Part shown: piece by piece, positions 1-11,048 of the stretch
Layout: each line of letters opens with the position of its first letter
Position numbering within the stretch: position 1 is the first letter of the stretch
Assembly (NCBI GenBank): GCA_963827275.1
Contig: CAWHAA010000005.1
Span: 256,001 to 320,000 of the forward strand
DNA length: 64,000 nucleotides
Origin: an uncultured Spirochaetota bacterium
GTDB taxonomy: Bacteria; Spirochaetota; UBA4802; UBA5550
Direction of reading: 5' to 3'
Translations under genes and position numbers: made by a program
The notes under the pieces: model-generated
What the model was told of the DNA's origin: nothing
Seen by the model: the letters and a program-made list of their open reading frames with translations, nothing else
Database searches by the model: none

Positions 1-275
1 TGGGGGTCTCGTTCTACGAAACAGGCCGCTACAGGGAGGCAATCCGGCACTTGAAGCGCGCCTACGACAGGGGAACGAACGGGTTCGAGGCCAGCCACTA
101 TCTCGGGAGAGCGTACTATCAAAACGGCGACGCGCGCGCGTCACTGCCCTACCTCGAACGCGCGCGCATGCTGAACAGGGAGGACCCGGACATCGCCATG
201 TCCCTGGCCGGCGCCTACCGGAAGCTCGGCAGGTACGACGACGCGGCACGGACCATGCGCGCGGTCACCCGGTGA
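1..275 (+). CDS. TPR-repeat protein, C-terminal part (starts before window)
   Basis: TPR-like helices (HYLGRAYYQNGD..A...LERA; SLAGAYRKLGRYDDA). Confidence 0.75.
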   Translation, partial: GVSFYETGRYREAIRHLKRAYDRGTNGFEASHYLGRAYYQNGDARASLPYLERARMLNREDPDIAMSLAGAYRKLGRYDDAARTMRAVTR

Positions 276-297
276 CCATCCCTCTCTTCTGCGGCGG

Positions 298-1635
298 TCA
301 CATCACCTTCAACGTCACCGTCGTCCCCCACGTCCACGCGGTCCTGTTCAATTTTATTGAATTGAACAGCATCCGGTCCGTTACATAAAAATAATAAGCG
401 GCCCCGGTTTCAATGGTGAGCGAGCCGCTCTTCGCCTTGAGCCCCGCGCCATAACCGATCCTGAACAGGTCGGGATCGAGGGGGTTCTGCGCGCGCGGAT
501 AGAGCTCCTGGGTGGTGAAGGAGAGCCCGGTGCTGGGAACAAACCCCGAGAATTCAAGCTCCATGCCGATGCCGAAGCTGTGCCGGTTCCGGTGCTTGTA
601 GTTCTGCGCGTTCCCGCCGGCGACCAGCGGGAGGGCCGACCACGCCGACGCGCTGCCCGCGACAAGCGCCCAGTCAAGGAACCCCGCCTCGTGGTCCCGC
701 GTGAGGATATTTCTCGTCCCGTAGCTCCTCTCCCCGGTAAAATCCACCTGATAGGAGAGCTGGAAGGAGGCCTTGTCCTTTGTCATTATGTTCACGCCGA
801 TGACCAGGCTGTCCGGGTAGTTCTGCTCGATGATGCGGGTATAATTGTACTTCACGTTTTTTTCAGTGCCCCGGGCGATGACCTGCGTTGAATAGAGCGC
901 CGTCACCGCGAACGAATCGGGTTTACCGAGCATCACCCCGGCAAACCCGGACCAGCCGAGGGCGCTCTTTTCAATCTTGTCGACGGTGCCGCCCCGGTAG
1001 ACGCCTGCGGACCGGTACGAGTCATGATAGCTGCAGGAGACGCCCCCGGTGAAGGCGACCGTCTCGGTCAGGGCGAAGGAACCGCCCAGCCGTCCCTGGA
1101 GCCAGTACCGCCTTCCCCTGACATAGGTGATCCCGGGCAGGACCAGGGACCCGAGGTTTACCGTGAGCCCCGCGCTGCCGAGCGCGGCCATCTGTACCGG
1201 GTCAAGGTCGAGGGCAACATAGCTGATCAGCGGCATCCCGCCGAGCGGTTTCCGGTAATCCAGAAATTCGACGCCTTCCGGCATGTTCAGGGAGATGAAG
1301 ACGGCCCCCTTTCCCTTCTTGTATGCCGCGGCGAAGTTCGGCATGAACCACGAGCCCGCATTGTCCTCTCCCCCGCTGAACGCCATTCTGTACGATGTCG
1401 TTTTCGTCATGAGCTGGTACCCGGCGTCCAGGTAGAGGCCGTCCCTGAGCCACGTGAGCCCCACGGGGTTGAAGTAGGCGGCGTCGATGGACCCGACAAC
1501 CGCGGCCCTGCTCTGCGTCCTGGTATATGATACCGATGGATTGATGCCGCCGGCCAGCAGCGCGCCGGCGGGGCACGCGGTCGCGAGCAGCAGGAGGACC
1601 AGTATCGCCATGCGGTTTTTCATATTTTTTTCCAT
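298..1635 (-). CDS. Outer-membrane beta-barrel, FadL/OmpP1/TodX-like
   Basis: Signal peptide, DAAYFNPVGL motif, amphipathic strands to the C-terminus; paralogue of 1788-3032. Confidence 0.7.
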   Translation of the reverse strand: MEKNMKNRMAILVLLLLATACPAGALLAGGINPSVSYTRTQSRAAVVGSIDAAYFNPVGLTWLRDGLYLDAGYQLMTKTTSYRMAFSGGEDNAGSWFMPNFAAAYKKGKGAVFISLNMPEGVEFLDYRKPLGGMPLISYVALDLDPVQMAALGSAGLTVNLGSLVLPGITYVRGRRYWLQGRLGGSFALTETVAFTGGVSCSYHDSYRSAGVYRGGTVDKIEKSALGWSGFAGVMLGKPDSFAVTALYSTQVIARGTEKNVKYNYTRIIEQNYPDSLVIGVNIMTKDKASFQLSYQVDFTGERSYGTRNILTRDHEAGFLDWALVAGSASAWSALPLVAGGNAQNYKHRNRHSFGIGMELEFSGFVPSTGLSFTTQELYPRAQNPLDPDLFRIGYGAGLKAKSGSLTIETGAAYYFYVTDRMLFNSIKLNRTAWTWGTTVTLKVM

Positions 1636-1733
1636 AAGGACGTGACGCTATTGCCCCACTATGCCACCGCCACGGGGCAATGCAATCCCATTTTTTACCA
1701 GCGCGATAAATTATTTTTTATTGTCGGGAGAAT

Positions 1734-1762
1734 AAAAAAGGCCGGCCCATCGGGCCGGCCTT
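1734..1762 (-). terminator. Rho-independent terminator after the 1788-3032 gene
   Basis: Stem AAGGCCGGCCC/GGGCCGGCCTT followed by a T-run on the minus strand. Confidence 0.75.
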
Positions 1763-1787
1763 CGGATCAGCTATACATGAGGCGAAA

Positions 1788-3032
1788 CTACATGACCTTC
1801 GCGGTCAGGCTGATCGCGCCCTGCCATACGCTCTTGTTCATCTTGATCAGGCCCAGCATCGTATGATCGGTGAAATAGGAGTACTTGGCGCCTCCGATCT
1901 GGATCGACAGGTAATCGGTCGGCATGATCTTGAGACCGAGGCCCACGCCGATATTTCTCAATTCCGGATCAAAGGGGACCTGCACCCGGGGATACTTGTC
2001 CTGAGTCTCAAAGGAAAGGCCGAGGCTCAGCATGAGCATCTTGTGGACCAGGAACTCGCCGCCGAGTCCTACTTTATGATTCATCCTCCCCTTGTAATCC
2101 TGGGTATTGCCGCCCACAAGCGACAACGCCGGCGTTAAACCCGATCCGGCATAGGCAAACTCGGCATTATTAAATCCGGTATAGGCGCTCCCAAAATTTT
2201 TCTGATTGGAAAAATTCAACTGGTATGACGCCTGGATCGACACTGCATCGGTCGGCTTGACGTTTAAGCCGATGAGCAGGTAGTCCGGCAGCCGCGCTTC
2301 ATCTATGTGGCTGTAATGGGTCTTCATGTCCCTGGTCTTGCCGCGGGCAATTACCTCTGTTGAATAGAGCGCGGTAATGCTGAGCTCTTTCATCGGCGTT
2401 ATCATGATCCCGCCCGCGCCGGAGAAAGCGCCAGCAGCCGTCTTGGACTTCGATATTGTGCCGAGTCCGACATAACCGATAGCCATTTCATAGGAGTACA
2501 TGCTGTACTTCACGCAGCCGGTGATCGCGAGCCATTCGGTAAAAGCGAACGAGCCGCCCATGGATCCCTGGATCCAGAAGCTGGAGGCTTTGAGTTTGCT
2601 CGGCAGCAGGGGGAGCCCCAGGCCGGCGACCTCTGTGAGCAGGGTCCCGATCCCAAAGATATTCCGATACTCGAGCGTTCCGCCGCCCGCCGGAATATGC
2701 ATTTCGGCAAAAATAGCCGCCTTGTCCTTCTTCCAGACCAGCGCGAGGTTCGGCATGATGAAAGACGGTGTCGCATCGTGATAATTCGCCGCGATGAACT
2801 TGTGCATGTAGCGTTTTGCGCCCATCTGGTTGCCAAGCTCAATGTACATACCGTCAGCCATTTTGACCAGACCGACCGCGTTGTAATAGACCGCGTCCGG
2901 CGCGTCGGTGGTCGCGGCGCGCGCCATCATCCGTGCGAAGCTGGGATCATGGCTGTAGTTGTAGGCATACAGATTGCCCACCATGAATGCAGAGGCCAGC
3001 AAAACCGCCCCCAATGCGAAAAGTTTTTTCAT
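1788..3032 (-). CDS. Outer-membrane beta-barrel, FadL/OmpP1/TodX-like
   Basis: Signal peptide, ARAAT..PDAVYYNAVGL motif, PAGGGTLEY; RBS upstream. Confidence 0.75.
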   Translation of the reverse strand: MKKLFALGAVLLASAFMVGNLYAYNYSHDPSFARMMARAATTDAPDAVYYNAVGLVKMADGMYIELGNQMGAKRYMHKFIAANYHDATPSFIMPNLALVWKKDKAAIFAEMHIPAGGGTLEYRNIFGIGTLLTEVAGLGLPLLPSKLKASSFWIQGSMGGSFAFTEWLAITGCVKYSMYSYEMAIGYVGLGTISKSKTAAGAFSGAGGIMITPMKELSITALYSTEVIARGKTRDMKTHYSHIDEARLPDYLLIGLNVKPTDAVSIQASYQLNFSNQKNFGSAYTGFNNAEFAYAGSGLTPALSLVGGNTQDYKGRMNHKVGLGGEFLVHKMLMLSLGLSFETQDKYPRVQVPFDPELRNIGVGLGLKIMPTDYLSIQIGGAKYSYFTDHTMLGLIKMNKSVWQGAISLTAKVM

Positions 3033-3602
3033 AAAGTCCTCCTTAAAATGTTTAACAAACTGTTTAACGTAAGAAAGTAAAGACAGATGAAAAATGAAGC
3101 GTTAAATTTTTTACTAGATGTACATCGCAATTGCTACGACACCTGAACATGAAACCACCTGTCCATTGCAGACATTTCGTCACGTTCAGGCTTTATAAGC
3201 TAATTTAGATATAAAGTTGTTATAATGTCAATAGATTTTCCAGAAAACAATCCAATATTTTATTATCCATAACGCACGCCATGCGCATCCCGAAAATTTA
3301 ACACTTTGTAAAATAAATGACATCATGTATAATTAAGATAAAAAATGAGCCGGGGCAGGCTTAAATCAGCCCGCAGGCCGTCCATACCACCCCCCCCGCC
3401 CCGCTCATATCCGCATAACATGCCGTATATTATTGAGCCCGCGCGCCCGTGGGCAGCCCGGTGAGGCCCCTCGCGGGACACTGTGTGACGGTAAATAGCG
3501 ATAATCGAAAAAATATGCTTGCATTTTAGCAAAAAAAGGCGCAGTATCCGGTACTGTACGTTAGCTTCCGGAATATCCTTGGAAACGGGGAAAATACCGC
3601 CT

Positions 3603-4890
3603 ATGCCCAACAAAAAAACCGCTGTTCATGACAATGCTGCCTCCGAGCGCCAGATCTACAACCTGACCAAGCTCGTCAACATCAACAGCATGATCAATTC
3701 CACGCTCGACATGGGCAGCCTCCTGACCGTGATCATGGAAACCATCAAGGACATAATGGACACGGAAGCCAGCACCCTGTTATTATACGAGGAAAAATCG
3801 AACGACCTGGTCTTCAAGGTCGCATTGAGCGAGGTCGGCAAGGAGCTCACGGAGCGGTACCGGGTAAAATTCGGGCAGGGAATCGCCGGATGGGTCGCGA
3901 AAATACGGAAACCGATATACATCAACGACGTGTACAATGACGAGCGCTTTGACCCCGAGTTTGACCGGAGCACCGGGTTCGTTACGAAAGCGATGCTCTG
4001 CACCCCCCTCCTCTACAAGGGAAAGCTCCTCGGCGTCATACAGGCCATAAATCCCCTTGAGAGGAAGGAATTCACCGACGACGACATGGCCCTCTTCAAT
4101 GTATTCGCCGACCAGGCGGCGCTGGCGGTCCAGAACGCCATTTATTTTCACAGCGCACTGGAGGAAGAGCGGATAAAAAGCGAAATTTCCTCCGCGCGCG
4201 CGATCCAGGAAGAGATCATCCCGGACGTGGCACATGCAGGTCGGGCCGGTCCTGATCGCGGTGAAATCCGTCACCGCGCGGGAAATTGGCGGCGAATTCC
4301 ACAGCCTGTTCCGTCTCGATGGCGATCATATCGGGATCGCGCTTGGCGACCTCCACATAAAGGGCGTGCCGGGCGGGCTGCGCGCATCGGTCGTGAGCGG
4401 CGCGATCAGGGCCCTCTCCAGGGTGACCGGGAAAAACCCGGTCGAGATGTTCAGATTGCTGCATCTCGTCATGGAGCACGACGAGCGCCCCATAACGAAC
4501 GCGTCTTTCTTCTACGGAGTGCTCGATCCCGGCAGGAGGAAGCTCAGGTTCCTGAACGCGGGAGTGGCATACCCGGTCCTCGTGCGCGACGGCGTCGCCC
4601 GCTATCTCAGGTTCGGCAAGAGGAGCCTGAGCCAGAACATCGAGGAATCGAAGAGCGTGGCGGTGAGCCTGCAGCCGGGCGACCTGTTCGTCATCCTGTC
4701 GGACGGCATACTCAGGGTACGGAACAGCACCGGGAAGCCGCTCGGGCTCAAGCGCGTCATGAGGTTTATCGAGAAGGGATTCCCGGAATCAGCGGATATC
4801 ATCGATGCCATCCTCGGATTTGCGGCCGGGTATGCCGGCGCGCGGGGGACCAGGGAGGACATAACCGTCATAACCCTCCGCGTCCGCTGA
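3603..4890 (+). CDS. GAF domain + SpoIIE/PP2C phosphatase (RsbU-like), frameshift near 4230
   Basis: GAF (GQGIAGWVA..DVYNDERF..CTPL) in the 3519 frame; PP2C motifs (IGGEF, LGDL..KG, LSDGI, EDIT) in the 4234 frame. Confidence 0.8.
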
Positions 4891-4960
4891 AACGCGGATG
4901 AAAACTTCTTGCCAAAATCCTCTGGCGGTGCCATTATGCAACAATTCATGAGGGGGAACC

Positions 4961-5179
4961 ATGGGTAATTTCGTATCAGTAATATTCTGCAGAAACTGCA
5001 GCTCGCGTTTCGTGGAGATATCCGAATGGACGGCCGACGGCAACGCCATCGTCCAGTGCAGGTCCTGCAATCAGCGGGAGGTGCTGTCGCATTTCACCCT
5101 CGGCAGGGGGAACCTCAACAACCATGAAATGCAGATCGCCCGCGACACCATGGCAAAAAAAGGCAGGTACGAAAAATAG
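4961..5179 (+). CDS. Small zinc-ribbon protein
   Basis: CRNC...CRSC, RBS GAGGGGG upstream. Confidence 0.6.
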   Translation: MGNFVSVIFCRNCSSRFVEISEWTADGNAIVQCRSCNQREVLSHFTLGRGNLNNHEMQIARDTMAKKGRYEK

Positions 5180-5181
5180 GG

Positions 5182-6000
5182 TCACCTCCTTGAAAAGAGC
5201 CTCTTGCACACTGCCCCCGCGAAGAACACGAAGGTCCTCGCCAGCCGGCCGATGCGCCACGGCTTGCTGATGATCCGGTAAAACCATTCCAGTCCCCGCT
5301 CCATGAAGAACGCCGGCGCTTTCCTGATTTCGCCCGATATGACATCAATGCATCCGCCGACGCTGATAAACACCGCGTTCTTGAACTCGCCCTTGATCCG
5401 GCTTATCCACTTGTCCTCGCGGGGAAACCCGAGGCCCACGAACACGATGTTGGCCTCGGATTTACGCATCGCCTCGATGACGGACTTCTCACGGTCTTCA
5501 TTAAAGTAACCGCCGTGGCGGCCCACGATGCGTATTTTTGGAAAAGATTTCCGTATGTTAAAAAACGCCCGCTCAACGATCTCCGGCTTGCCGCCCACCA
5601 GGAATATTGAAAACTCCTTGATCTCGGCTATGCGCACAATGTCCATGACGAAGCTCAGCGGCGGGATCCGTTCCCGTATCGGCGTCTTGAGGACCTTTCC
5701 CGCCCACTGTATGCCGCCGCCGGCGGCGAGGCGCATGTCGGCAGAGCCGGCGATGAGGCGGAGGTCGGCGTTCGCCTTGAAACGCTGTATCTTGTAGGGG
5801 TTGAGGGAGATGACATGGTACACGCCGCCCGATTTAATCATATCCATGATCCTGACGACCGCCTGCTGCCGCGTGATGTTATCGATCCCGATGACCCATG
5901 ATGTTCGTGATCCTGGCGTCGCCCAGGTCAACCTGGTTGTACTCGAGAATGAGGTCCCGCTCCTCTTTGTATGAATCATAATAGACGGTTTTATCCATTG
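5182..6000 (-). CDS. WecB/TagA/CpsF family glycosyltransferase (N-terminal frameshift)
   Basis: FLVGG, HGGYF, VGLGFPREDKW, VGGCIDVISG, GLEWFYRI motifs. Confidence 0.85.
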   Translation of the reverse strand, partial: QWIKPSIMIHTKRSGTSFSSTTRLTWATPGSRTSWVIGIDNITRQQAVVRIMDMIKSGGVYHVISLNPYKIQRFKANADLRLIAGSADMRLAAGGGIQWAGKVLKTPIRERIPPLSFVMDIVRIAEIKEFSIFLVGGKPEIVERAFFNIRKSFPKIRIVGRHGGYFNEDREKSVIEAMRKSEANIVFVGLGFPREDKWISRIKGEFKNAVFISVGGCIDVISGEIRKAPAFFMERGLEWFYRIISKPWRIGRLARTFVFFAGAVCKRLFSRR

Positions 6001-6286
6001 CGCGATCCTCCTCGTGCGGTTCAGCCTTTTGGTCGCCGTTCCCGGGCGGTCCCATCACCATTGACAGCCCGCCGATGATACGTATTCATGTGTGAATATG
6101 CAACCGCGGGCGCCGGTCTGTCAATACAAATTCAGATTATGTCGGATGGAAAAGCCACGCATTTTTCCCGAGACGCGGCAGGCGGCGCCATCCACGCGGA
6201 CCGCGGCAACTATTGCTTCAATTCAGAAAAAAAATGGTTGCATAAATACAATCGGATGATGATAACCCTTTCATACGAGGTGCCTC

Positions 6287-7066
6287 ATGGACAGCAGGTT
6301 GAGCGGTATTATTTCATTTTTAGAATACGATGTTCGCACCGGCATGGTGATTGAGCCGGAAAAACGGCTGCCAAAGCTCCGTGACAGCATCACCGACATT
6401 ATAAAAACCTACAATCCCGGGGTGATTGTAAAGGTCGGCCTGGGAAGCGGGCAGGTCCTGTATGACATGGCGGCAGGCTGCGACGCGTACATCGTCGCGG
6501 TAGAGCCGTCGCTTGCGCTGATCAGGGAATTTATGGAGCGCCACGCCGGCGACCCTGTCCTCGACAGGATCCGCTTCATCAACGGGGAATTCAACAGCTT
6601 CCCGGTCGATTATTTCGCCGCGGACCTGATCGTCTGCGTCGACTACCTGGACTTCCTGGAATCCGGCCGTGTGGTCGATGAATTCACCCGGGCCCTCCAG
6701 TTCGAGGGCATCCTCTTGCTGGCGGGCGTGGTGCTCGAAGACGAGGACCTTGACGGGATCTATGACGATTTCATGAAAATCGCCTTCCCGCTCCACAACG
6801 ATTATTATCTCCGCGACGACCTGAAGACATTCATGGACCTGAACGAGCTGAAATTCATCAAGGGCACCTTCGACCGATACCCCGTCGACCTGGCGGCGCT
6901 GGCGGACCATTTCGCCGCGTTCCGCGCGGAAACGGAGCACCGCCCGCTCGAATATATCGAAGAAAATCGCGACGCCTTCACCGCCCTCTACAAGCTCGCC
7001 GGCACCTCGATAAACGAGCCGTACTATATCAGCGTATACATGCGCAAAAAACCTGAAAAACGATAG
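6287..7066 (+). CDS. Class I SAM-dependent methyltransferase-like protein
   Basis: VGLGSG motif I, AVEPS motif II, DLIVC. Confidence 0.65.
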   Translation: MDSRLSGIISFLEYDVRTGMVIEPEKRLPKLRDSITDIIKTYNPGVIVKVGLGSGQVLYDMAAGCDAYIVAVEPSLALIREFMERHAGDPVLDRIRFINGEFNSFPVDYFAADLIVCVDYLDFLESGRVVDEFTRALQFEGILLLAGVVLEDEDLDGIYDDFMKIAFPLHNDYYLRDDLKTFMDLNELKFIKGTFDRYPVDLAALADHFAAFRAETEHRPLEYIEENRDAFTALYKLAGTSINEPYYISVYMRKKPEKR

Positions 7067-7094
7067 GACCAGCCGCGCCGGGGGAGAAGGACAC

Positions 7095-8366
7095 GTGAAA
7101 TTTGTCGTAACGCCATCGCGCCTGAAGGGCGCCGTCGCCATACCGGGATCGAAGTCGCACACCATCCGGGCGCTCGTCTTCGCGCTCCTGGGGGAAGGCG
7201 AGTCGCACATCGAGCGTCCGCTCGACTCTTCCGACACCCGTTCGTGCCGCGCCATGGTGAGCCACTTCGGCGCGCGGGTCGATGACGCCGGCGACACCTG
7301 GAACGTCGCCGGCACGGGCGGTGAAATCGCCGCGCCTGCCGACATTGTCGACGTGGGAAACTCGGGGACGTCCCTCTACCTCGGGATGGGGATCGCCTCG
7401 CTCGCGCGCGGGCACAGCGTGTTCACCGGCGACCACCAGATCAGGAGCCGCCCGGCGGACGCGCTGATCGCCGCCATTAACGACCTGGGAGGCTCCTCCT
7501 TCTCCACGAGGGGGAACGGCATGCCCCCCCTCGTCGTCGGCGGAAAAATCACCGGCGGGGAGACCGCCGTCCGCGCCGTCACCTCACAGTACCTGAGCTC
7601 GCTCCTCATCGCCGCCCCCTGCGCCACAGGGGACTCGGTGATACACGTCCCCCTCCTCAACGAGAAGCCCTACGTGACGATGACTATGGCATGGCTTGAC
7701 CGCCTCGGCATCAAATATACCACCGATAACTATCGGACATTCTCGATCCCCGGCGGCCAGCGCTACCCGTCCTTCCGGGGGCGGGTCCCCGCCGATTTCT
7801 CATCGGCGACCTTCTTCCTGGTCGCCGCCGCCATCACCGGCTCCACGCTTGTCCTGAAAGGGCTCGACTGGAACGACACGCAGGGCGACAAGGAAGTGGT
7901 GAACATCCTGGGCGCCATGGGCGCGGGCGTCAGCATCGGCGAGGGCGAGATCACGATAACCGGCGGCGGCCTGAGGGGCGGCACCTTTGACCTGAACGCG
8001 ATCCCCGATGCCCTGCCGGCCCTGGCCGTGGCAGGCTGTTTCGCCGAAGGGGAAACGCGGCTCGTCAACGTGCCGCAGGCGCGCCTCAAGGAGACGGACC
8101 GGATCAGCGTCATGCATGCCGAGCTGAAAAAAATGGGCGCCCTGATCGAAGAACGGCCCGACGGTCTCATCATACGGAGGAGCGGCCTGCGGGGGTGCCC
8201 CGTGGACGGCCATCACGATCACCGCGTTGCGATGGCGCTCGCCGTCGCCGGTCTCGCTGCGGACGGGCGGACGACGATCGCTACCGCCGAATCGGTCTCG
8301 GTCACCTTCCCTGATTTTCCCGACCTGATGATATCGATCGGCGCGGACATTACACGAGAGGAGTAG
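7095..8366 (+). CDS. aroA: 3-phosphoshikimate 1-carboxyvinyltransferase (EPSP synthase)
   Basis: PGSKSHTIR, GNSGT, TSQYLSSLL, KETDRI, DHRVAMA. Confidence 0.97.
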   Translation: MKFVVTPSRLKGAVAIPGSKSHTIRALVFALLGEGESHIERPLDSSDTRSCRAMVSHFGARVDDAGDTWNVAGTGGEIAAPADIVDVGNSGTSLYLGMGIASLARGHSVFTGDHQIRSRPADALIAAINDLGGSSFSTRGNGMPPLVVGGKITGGETAVRAVTSQYLSSLLIAAPCATGDSVIHVPLLNEKPYVTMTMAWLDRLGIKYTTDNYRTFSIPGGQRYPSFRGRVPADFSSATFFLVAAAITGSTLVLKGLDWNDTQGDKEVVNILGAMGAGVSIGEGEITITGGGLRGGTFDLNAIPDALPALAVAGCFAEGETRLVNVPQARLKETDRISVMHAELKKMGALIEERPDGLIIRRSGLRGCPVDGHHDHRVAMALAVAGLAADGRTTIATAESVSVTFPDFPDLMISIGADITREE

Positions 8367-8370
8367 CATC

Positions 8371-8766
8371 ATGGCGGTGAGGGGAATACGGGGTGCCACG
8401 ACGGCAGAGGCAAACACGAAAGCCGAGATAACGGCAAAGACACGGGAGATGCTCGAGGCCATTATCAGGCTGAACGACCTCCGCGTCGAGGACATAGCCT
8501 CCGCCGTATTCTCGGTGACCGCCGACCTGGACGCGGAATTTCCCGCCGTTGCGGCCCGGGGGTTGGGGTGGATATATACCCCGCTGTTCTGCACGATGGA
8601 GATCCCGGTCCAGGGGAGCCTGAAGAGCTGCGTACGCGTCCTCCTGCAGGTGAACTCGGAGCGCCGCCAGGACGAGATGGTGCACGTCTACCTGCACGGG
8701 GCTGAAAAGCTGCGGCCCGACCTTGGATCAAAGAGCGCCGACCGGTTCTACACCTCGGGAACGTGA
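8371..8766 (+). CDS. aroH: Chorismate mutase, AroH class
   Basis: VRGIRGAT, FPAVAAR, EIPVQGSL..CVR, LRPDL. Confidence 0.95.
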   Translation: MAVRGIRGATTAEANTKAEITAKTREMLEAIIRLNDLRVEDIASAVFSVTADLDAEFPAVAARGLGWIYTPLFCTMEIPVQGSLKSCVRVLLQVNSERRQDEMVHVYLHGAEKLRPDLGSKSADRFYTSGT

Positions 8767-8814
8767 CCGTCTTTCGGCAACCTCCCGGCAGACGCCCCCT
8801 GACCGGGGTGCGCA

Positions 8815-10830
8815 TCATTTATCGATAATGTAAAACTCCGTCCTCCGGTTCTTTCTCCGTCCCTCGGCGGTTTTATTGTCCCCTATCGGCCTGTCGGGGC
8901 CGTACCCCGCGGCGATGAGCCGCTCGGGGCTGATCCCGTTCTTGATCATGTACTCCCTGACCGCGTCCGCCCTGCGCTCGGAAAGCTTCATGTTGTGCGC
9001 GCGGGAACCGGTAATGTCCGTGTGGCCGCGCACCTCGAGGCGCAGCTTCGTGTTCTTTTTCAGCCCCTCGATCATCCTGTCCAGGATATTGAGCGATTCC
9101 TTCTTCAAATAAGCCTCGTCGATCTCGAAATGGATGTTATCGACGACGATCCCCTTCCCCTTCTCTATCTTCTCCAGCTGTATGGACGCCTCGTTGTCAG
9201 CGCGGGAGATGATGATCTTCTTCGGCACATACCCGTCCGCATCGGCGGTCAGCTCCACGTCATTTGAGTCAGGCACCCGCACCTCCTGCGCCGGCGTCCG
9301 GATCGCCCTCCTGTCGGAAAAAACCAGCTTCCCGCTGTCCCATTTCTTGATGTCAATGTTCGCGGAGATCGGATTGTTTTTTTCATCGGTCACGGTTATT
9401 TTAACGGGCCGCAGCTCGTCCTTTTTCTCCGGGGACGCTTTCTCCGGCGCCTTTTTCCCCGCGTCGCGGGCGGGGGCCGCCGCAGTACCGGCATCCTTCG
9501 TGTTATATGGATCATACACCGCGCTCCCCCCGTCGATGATGCGGGGATAATAATCGGTCCCCACCGCGTACAGGTAGTTGCCGGCGGGGACGAACATGAT
9601 CCCGCCCGAGGCGGCCGGCTGGTACGCGCCGCCCGGGAACGGCGGGACGAACTCCCACAGGGCCTCCGTGCGGCTGAAGCGGAGCGCGCGCAGGCGCGCG
9701 TAGGAGAGCTCGCGGTCGCCCACCTTCTTTTTAATTGTGGCCGCCACGTAGATCTGGTCGCGGATGGTGACGAAATAGGGGCTCGATTTCTCGCCCAGGT
9801 CGATCGATGACGATATCGCCCCGTCGGAGGGGTTTATCATGACCACCCGACGGTTGCCGGCGGTGAAGAGGATCTCGCGCTCGGTAAAGCTCGGGTTGGA
9901 GGTGATGGTTTCGCCGTAGTCCTTCTGCCAGAGGGGCGCGCCGTCCGGGAGATTGAAGCAGTGCATGACGCTCCCCGAGGCCAGGAACACCCTCCGCTGG
10001 TAGATCACGGGGGAGAAGATGCGCTCCGGCCTGGTAATGGGCCGCGACCATACCGCGGCGCCGGTATCAGCGTCGAGGCAGTACAGGGTGAAGACATTGG
10101 TTCTGTAATCCATCGACTGGGTGAAGATATAATTTTCATAGAATGACGGGAACCCGCTGTACGACTTCACGCTCTGGTTGTCCCACTTCAGGTGTCCCTG
10201 GAGGATGTCGCGGGACATGAACACGTTCCGCGTGCCGTAGTAGAGCACGTCATTGTGTATCACCGGGTCCGAGTAGATCCCGTCGACGAGCGTGGTCGAA
10301 TGCTTCGCCGGGTCCCAGGCCGCATTGTCCCCCGGACTCCAGCGGGGGGTCTTCTTGTTGTACGCGCTGTCCCTGTCGAAGAGGTCCTTTTCGTCGCGCA
10401 TGCCGGTGCGGGCCCAGAGCACGCCACCGCTCTTCTTGTCCAGGCAGTATATGACGAAATTATCGGTAAGGATCAGACGGTGTCCCTTGATCAGGGGATA
10501 CTTCACCTTTCCCGCCGCCTTCGATCCCGGCGTAAAACGGGCCGACAGCTCGGTGAGATTGATCTTCCACACCTGTTTGCCGGAATCCTCCTCGAGGCAG
10601 TAGACGTTCTTTTTGATGTCCACGAAAAAGACCATGCCGTCGGATATGATCGGGTTGTAGACCATATCCACCGCCTGGAAGAGCCATTTGAGGTTATTGT
10701 TCTTTACCGTGATCTCGTCATTGTTACCGGTAAAGAAGATATTTCCCTTGTACACCGGCCAGTCCGAAGCGCGGACGGCGGCGGAGAGCAGGATCAGGCA
10801 GAGAGGCAAAAGCCGCATGCGCAATTTCAT
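8815..10830 (-). CDS. PQQ-like beta-propeller protein with C-terminal OmpA peptidoglycan-binding domain
   Basis: Signal peptide, repeated YCLD..SG..W propeller blades; OmpA motifs GHTD..G...N..LSERRA, NRRTEF. Confidence 0.85.
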   Translation of the reverse strand: MKLRMRLLPLCLILLSAAVRASDWPVYKGNIFFTGNNDEITVKNNNLKWLFQAVDMVYNPIISDGMVFFVDIKKNVYCLEEDSGKQVWKINLTELSARFTPGSKAAGKVKYPLIKGHRLILTDNFVIYCLDKKSGGVLWARTGMRDEKDLFDRDSAYNKKTPRWSPGDNAAWDPAKHSTTLVDGIYSDPVIHNDVLYYGTRNVFMSRDILQGHLKWDNQSVKSYSGFPSFYENYIFTQSMDYRTNVFTLYCLDADTGAAVWSRPITRPERIFSPVIYQRRVFLASGSVMHCFNLPDGAPLWQKDYGETITSNPSFTEREILFTAGNRRVVMINPSDGAISSSIDLGEKSSPYFVTIRDQIYVAATIKKKVGDRELSYARLRALRFSRTEALWEFVPPFPGGAYQPAASGGIMFVPAGNYLYAVGTDYYPRIIDGGSAVYDPYNTKDAGTAAAPARDAGKKAPEKASPEKKDELRPVKITVTDEKNNPISANIDIKKWDSGKLVFSDRRAIRTPAQEVRVPDSNDVELTADADGYVPKKIIISRADNEASIQLEKIEKGKGIVVDNIHFEIDEAYLKKESLNILDRMIEGLKKNTKLRLEVRGHTDITGSRAHNMKLSERRADAVREYMIKNGISPERLIAAGYGPDRPIGDNKTAEGRRKNRRTEFYIIDK

Positions 10831-11048
10831 ATCTTACACCCCGTTATTCGACGTGATACAGATGCATTCCGCTAAATATACCACCCGCCGGCGGTAAAGG
10901 CAAATAAAAATTCGTTCCGGCATTGCGCCGTATTGCGTAAAAAAATGTTGCAGAATAATTCGCGTCATAGCATCCCCGTAATATGCGGTCCGGAATACGA
11001 GCCCCATCGGGCCGCAGGAGATCATTCCGGGCAACGGCAGGAGGGACC

